DNA of 63,826 nucleotides, counting the filler, from Craspedostauros australis (Eukaryota), in assembly GCA_030167865.1 (NCBI GenBank). It is 9 parts of 9 records of this genome, joined end to end, with 100 filler letters (N's around TTAATTAATTAA, not from the genome) between each part and the next. Parts side by side here need not be neighbours in the genome. Positions count along the whole stretch, not along the records: positions 57,669 to 61,576 come from JALAGF010003921.1; positions 61,677 to 63,826 come from JALAGF010003923.1; 7 more parts are not named here. The stretch is one strand, 5' to 3'. The number at the start of each line of letters is the position of its first letter. Position 1 is the stretch's first letter. Both the position numbers and the translations under genes were made by a program. The notes beneath the pieces were generated by a model that saw only the letters and a program-made list of their open reading frames with translations, had not been told where the DNA came from and ran no database searches. This document shows positions 60,127-63,826 of this stretch, piece after piece.

Positions 60127-62734
60127 TTCCCCAGAAGCTGGAAAGACAGCACCGAGACTCCCACCGCCCCAATTCCACCAATTCACTCGCGCTGGTGTTG
60201 GTTTTGGTGGCTCATACGGTCTACAGTCGGGAAACCAACAATCCTATGGCTTTCGCATCATGAAAGCGCATGCCGCTTCTTCTTTTGTGGCCTGCCGTTC
60301 TCAAGTTCAGCGATGTTGGTCAATGCCAAACGCCAAACGACGACAGTGGTCACAGTATATCACAGCATATCACAACATATCACCTCGCACAAATGAAAGT
60401 CCAAATAACTATTATATGTACAATAAGAGTAGAACCCGTTGAGATGAACCATGTCAGCGACCCTTGCTTCATAGCTTCTTCGTTCACGGCGCTGCGAAGT
60501 TTGCAGTGTGGTATGATGCGTGTCGATGATCGTTGAGGAGTGGAGTGATGCCAATGGCGCTGTTCTCGCCTTTGGACTGTGCTGGAACGAGTGCCTCTCA
60601 TGAAGGCAACTCGTTGCTCGCCGAGTGTGGACTAGTCGTAGTACGCCATCCAAGAGCAGCTGATGGAATCAACAGCAGCGAATGCGATGGCATGACTACG
60701 CCATGGCGAAGCGTTCGGCCACGTCGGGTTGGACATGGATTTGGACTCGAACTGCGTGCGGCTCTGTGTTGCACCCACTGCGTTCGTTGGCCTCGCGCAT
60801 GCTGCTTCCATCCATTTGCCATTCCATCCATTTGTCATCCCATCCTGTTCCGTTCCTCGACAGATCTGTTGCTTTGTGTGATGATGATGATGATGATGCC
60901 ATCATCACGTTCCTTTTGTGTTTTGTTTGGTTTCTGAAAGATCATCGAAGATCGGTTCAGTCACGGGAGTGGATTCCAATCGTGTTTCACGATGGTGTCA
61001 ATTCGTCGATTCTGACGAACTTGTTTCGACATCGTCCAACAAACACCATCGTCATTGTTGTCAATGGAGGAGAGGTCTGGAGGTTGGTGACCAACGCAAC
61101 GGCACAACACAACACAGCATGGCATGGCATGGCCATGAGATGAACGAGATGAAGCGACATGATACGCAGCCATGATGACACCCAACGATGGATGGAACAG
61201 TTATTGGCATCAACATGACCTTCCTTGCACGAGGATGCGGATACGGAAGGTGCATTGAGCCGTCTGTGATGGTTGCGCAGACGGCTCACCGACCCCAAAT
61301 CGTGAAGATCGTTTGCACCCAAAGCTTGGATGCTCAGATAAACAGGACAATGATCAATGCATCCATTGCATTCATTGCATTGATCAGAAGCGATTTAGCA
61401 AAACTGTGTCCAGGTACCCGCAAACGTGGCTTCCATCACCTATCCTGCGACTCGCGCTGAAACACGGGGAAAGCTCTCGGCATTCTACATCGGCGATCTA
61501 TCGTTTCGGCACAAGGGCAACATCAATGCCCGAGGGCTCCACGGCAATAGCATCAGCAACAGCAGGAGTAATAGCANNNNNNNNNNNNNNNNNNNNNNNN
61601 NNNNNNNNNNNNNNNNNNNNTTAATTAATTAANNNNNNNNNNNNNNNNNNNNNNNNNNNNNNNNNNNNNNNNNNNNGTGGACGCGGAGTGGAGGTGGTTG
61701 GGCGCATGGGGCACCACCGCCACCACCGCCACCACCGGGGACAGGAGAGACACAAACGCTGTTGCCACCACCAACTGATGCAGCGCACATGACGAACAGC
61801 ACGCGAACTGATTGTGCTGCCTTGAAACAAGAACGATGGTGGAGGAAACAAACGACTTTGCGTGGGCGGAGTGTGACAGTGGACGAACGCGTTGATTGAA
61901 CTGCAGAGTATGATGCATTATTCTGTGTATGTTGTACGACCACCGTGATGCATCTGAACAGCAATGTGAGATGGAACCGCCTGGGACAAAGGCACAAAAG
62001 TTACCCCGCGCGAAGAAACGTACGAGTTGGAAAGACGATGTCCACCTGAGGACATCTCGCCGACAAGAAAGGGGCAAATGTGTCCCACGGCGATGATGAA
62101 GGAAAGGGGCGATGCCATGGGTCGTGGGTCTGGAAATTTGCGTGTGTTGGAGCAGACGCGACAGGGGTGGAACGAGCGCAAAGCGGACATCACCGTCATT
62201 GGCACACAGTGCAGGACATGTCGAGCACGTGCGTAAATGAGCTCGACGTCATGTCGACACGGGAAAGGCGTGCTCAAGTAGTCCCATTTGTGCATGACTT
62301 TACGGATCCCAAAACCGCGCAACATGCCTCAAGCGTGAAGAAAGCAAAACCGACCATTATATGGCATTTACCGCGCTTCCCTCGACGCCGCACAAATCAG
62401 CGTGTTTGGCGAACTGCTGCACGGATTGTCCACATTCATGTCGCAGAACAGGTGTTCGCTTTCTCCCACGATTGAGATTGTCGAGTTGGACTCGCATGAA
62501 TAGATTCTCTGAAATCCGGGTGGCTCAAAGCTAGAGCGAAACTGGTACGTGCAGGCAGTGCAGGTAGAGAGGAGACCACAAGACCAAGGTCAGTTGCCTG
62601 CGCCCCCAATTTAGCCACCTATTGTTATCACCCGCCGTACGTGTATGACATGCATGCGGCTGAGTGGAGCTGGAGCCAAGTTGCCATGGCGCACTCGAAG
62701 CCGTTGTTGACTCCCAATCGACCATGGCACGGCG

Positions 62735-63826
62735 TCACACGTACCGCAGCAGGAACTGCATCACCGCGTCATGATGATCGGAGACCATCTCATGATGCGC
62801 GTAGCAAATCGCGAGTTCCTGTTCCACACACGCCCACAGCCAAGTGTGATGCGCGAAGCTGGTGCGGGGCCATGATGTGTACCTCTCGTCTTTGTGGGAA
62901 TGGGCAATGTGCATGTCGAGGAAGACATTGGATGGAATGCTCAGCTCTGCGCCGTCCTGCAGCATGGGCAAGTGGTCGTACCCCAGGCCCTTCAGGATGG
63001 GATCGATGAGCCAGCGATCGGGACGTTGGATCAGCTGGTAGTCATCGTCGCCCACGAATCCACCTTCCTGCAATTCATGGATGAGCCGTCGGCATCCTTT
63101 GTTGCCCAATTCCGGCAGGTACTGTTCGCAACGCTGCGGCGTGAATGGTCTTGGATGTATCCGGAATTCCTCGTGGATGGAGTTGGTATGATCCAGGATC
63201 TCATAATTGTCCTCCATGTTCTCGTGCGTGTTGGAATCGCGCGGCATGTGAATCCATATCGATGGTGCGTACGCGGTGGTGTTGTCAATGTTGGCGAGGT
63301 TGTCGACGTCGTCGATATAGTGGTAGGTGGAGTACAACGCCATGGCGGCGAAGTCGTAGTCCTCATCTTCCAACCAGAAGACCTCCGAGACGCCCATGGA
63401 CATGCCCGTGGCCAGGATGCGGAGCGCGTTCCGTTCGTCATCGTCGTTGTTGTTGTTGCCGTTGGTTTTGCCGCTTGCATTCTCTTCTCCGTGAGTAGCA
63501 TCCGCATCTGCCTGTTCCTTTCCAGTGTGCACCTTGAACCCCGTGACCCTGGTGAATTCGTCAATCTGCTTCTGAACCAACGGCATGTCCCTGTGACTCC
63601 AGCAGCCGGATGGTTTCGATGCCGTGAAGGATATGATGGCGAGGTTGTGCCTCAGCGTCGCATGGGCAACGATGCGGTCTTGCGGTAGAATAAAGAAATC
63701 GACGCCAGTGTGCCTGCAGCCGTGGAAGAAGAAGAGCACTGCCGTTGGTGATCCGCTTGGTGGGAGCATGTAGTATGCCGTTGGGGCATCGTTGGCGTTG
63801 AGCATCTTGGGCACGAGAGCACCATA
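62735..63826 (-). CDS. Alpha/beta-hydrolase-fold protein (5'-partial)
   Basis: VLFFFHGC, nucleophile elbow TGMSMG, IWIHMPRD and EQELAICYAHHEM suggest a Ser-Asp-His triad. Confidence 0.75.
   Translation of the reverse strand, partial: YGALVPKMLNANDAPTAYYMLPPSGSPTAVLFFFHGCRHTGVDFFILPQDRIVAHATLRHNLAIISFTASKPSGCWSHRDMPLVQKQIDEFTRVTGFKVHTGKEQADADATHGEENASGKTNGNNNNDDDERNALRILATGMSMGVSEVFWLEDEDYDFAAMALYSTYHYIDDVDNLANIDNTTAYAPSIWIHMPRDSNTHENMEDNYEILDHTNSIHEEFRIHPRPFTPQRCEQYLPELGNKGCRRLIHELQEGGFVGDDDYQLIQRPDRWLIDPILKGLGYDHLPMLQDGAELSIPSNVFLDMHIAHSHKDERYTSWPRTSFAHHTWLWACVEQELAICYAHHEMVSDHHDAVMQFLLRYV

Noticed and set aside
60130..62700. Short ORFs near the contig ends, including a Gly-rich frame at 61677-61800
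   Set aside because: They are low complexity and truncated by linkers, with not enough evidence to call a gene.

Overview
This is eukaryotic genomic DNA, most likely from a diatom. That inference rests on GT-AG introns, an Ambal-like LINE, diatom-type HSF, LRR and lineage-specific families, and a bipartite plastid-targeting-like presequence. The window is not one locus: it is nine contigs joined by artificial 100-bp linkers (N44-TTAATTAATTAA-N44), at 1-13214, 13315-19022, 19123-22888, 22989-27382, 27483-38952, 39053-49243, 49344-57568, 57669-61576 and 61677-63826. Housekeeping genes include importin alpha, Nup133, PrmA, a rhodanese, LTO1/ORAOV1, a triple-HMG-box protein, RPL34, RPL36 and an MDR oxidoreductase. 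Other genes encode an HSF-type factor, a six-exon LRR protein, an exostosin-like glycosyltransferase, a secreted CIA30-domain protein, an alpha/beta hydrolase and several hypotheticals. Mobile DNA comprises an open RT-RNase H non-LTR retrotransposon with a structured 3' UTR and (TA)n tail, and a PIF/Harbinger transposase pseudogene split by an 806-bp solo-LTR-like insertion. The apparent 5.5-kb inverted duplication (27483-33022 / 39053-44592) is a dovetail overlap between two contigs. The best leads are a candidate Crinkler-type NTPase + REase-like protein (57669-60126), an LRR gene whose internal exons are all symmetric phase-1 repeat modules, and an H/ACA-like twin hairpin in the RPL36 intron. 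All calls come from reading the sequence and recognising motifs by eye; no database searches were run.
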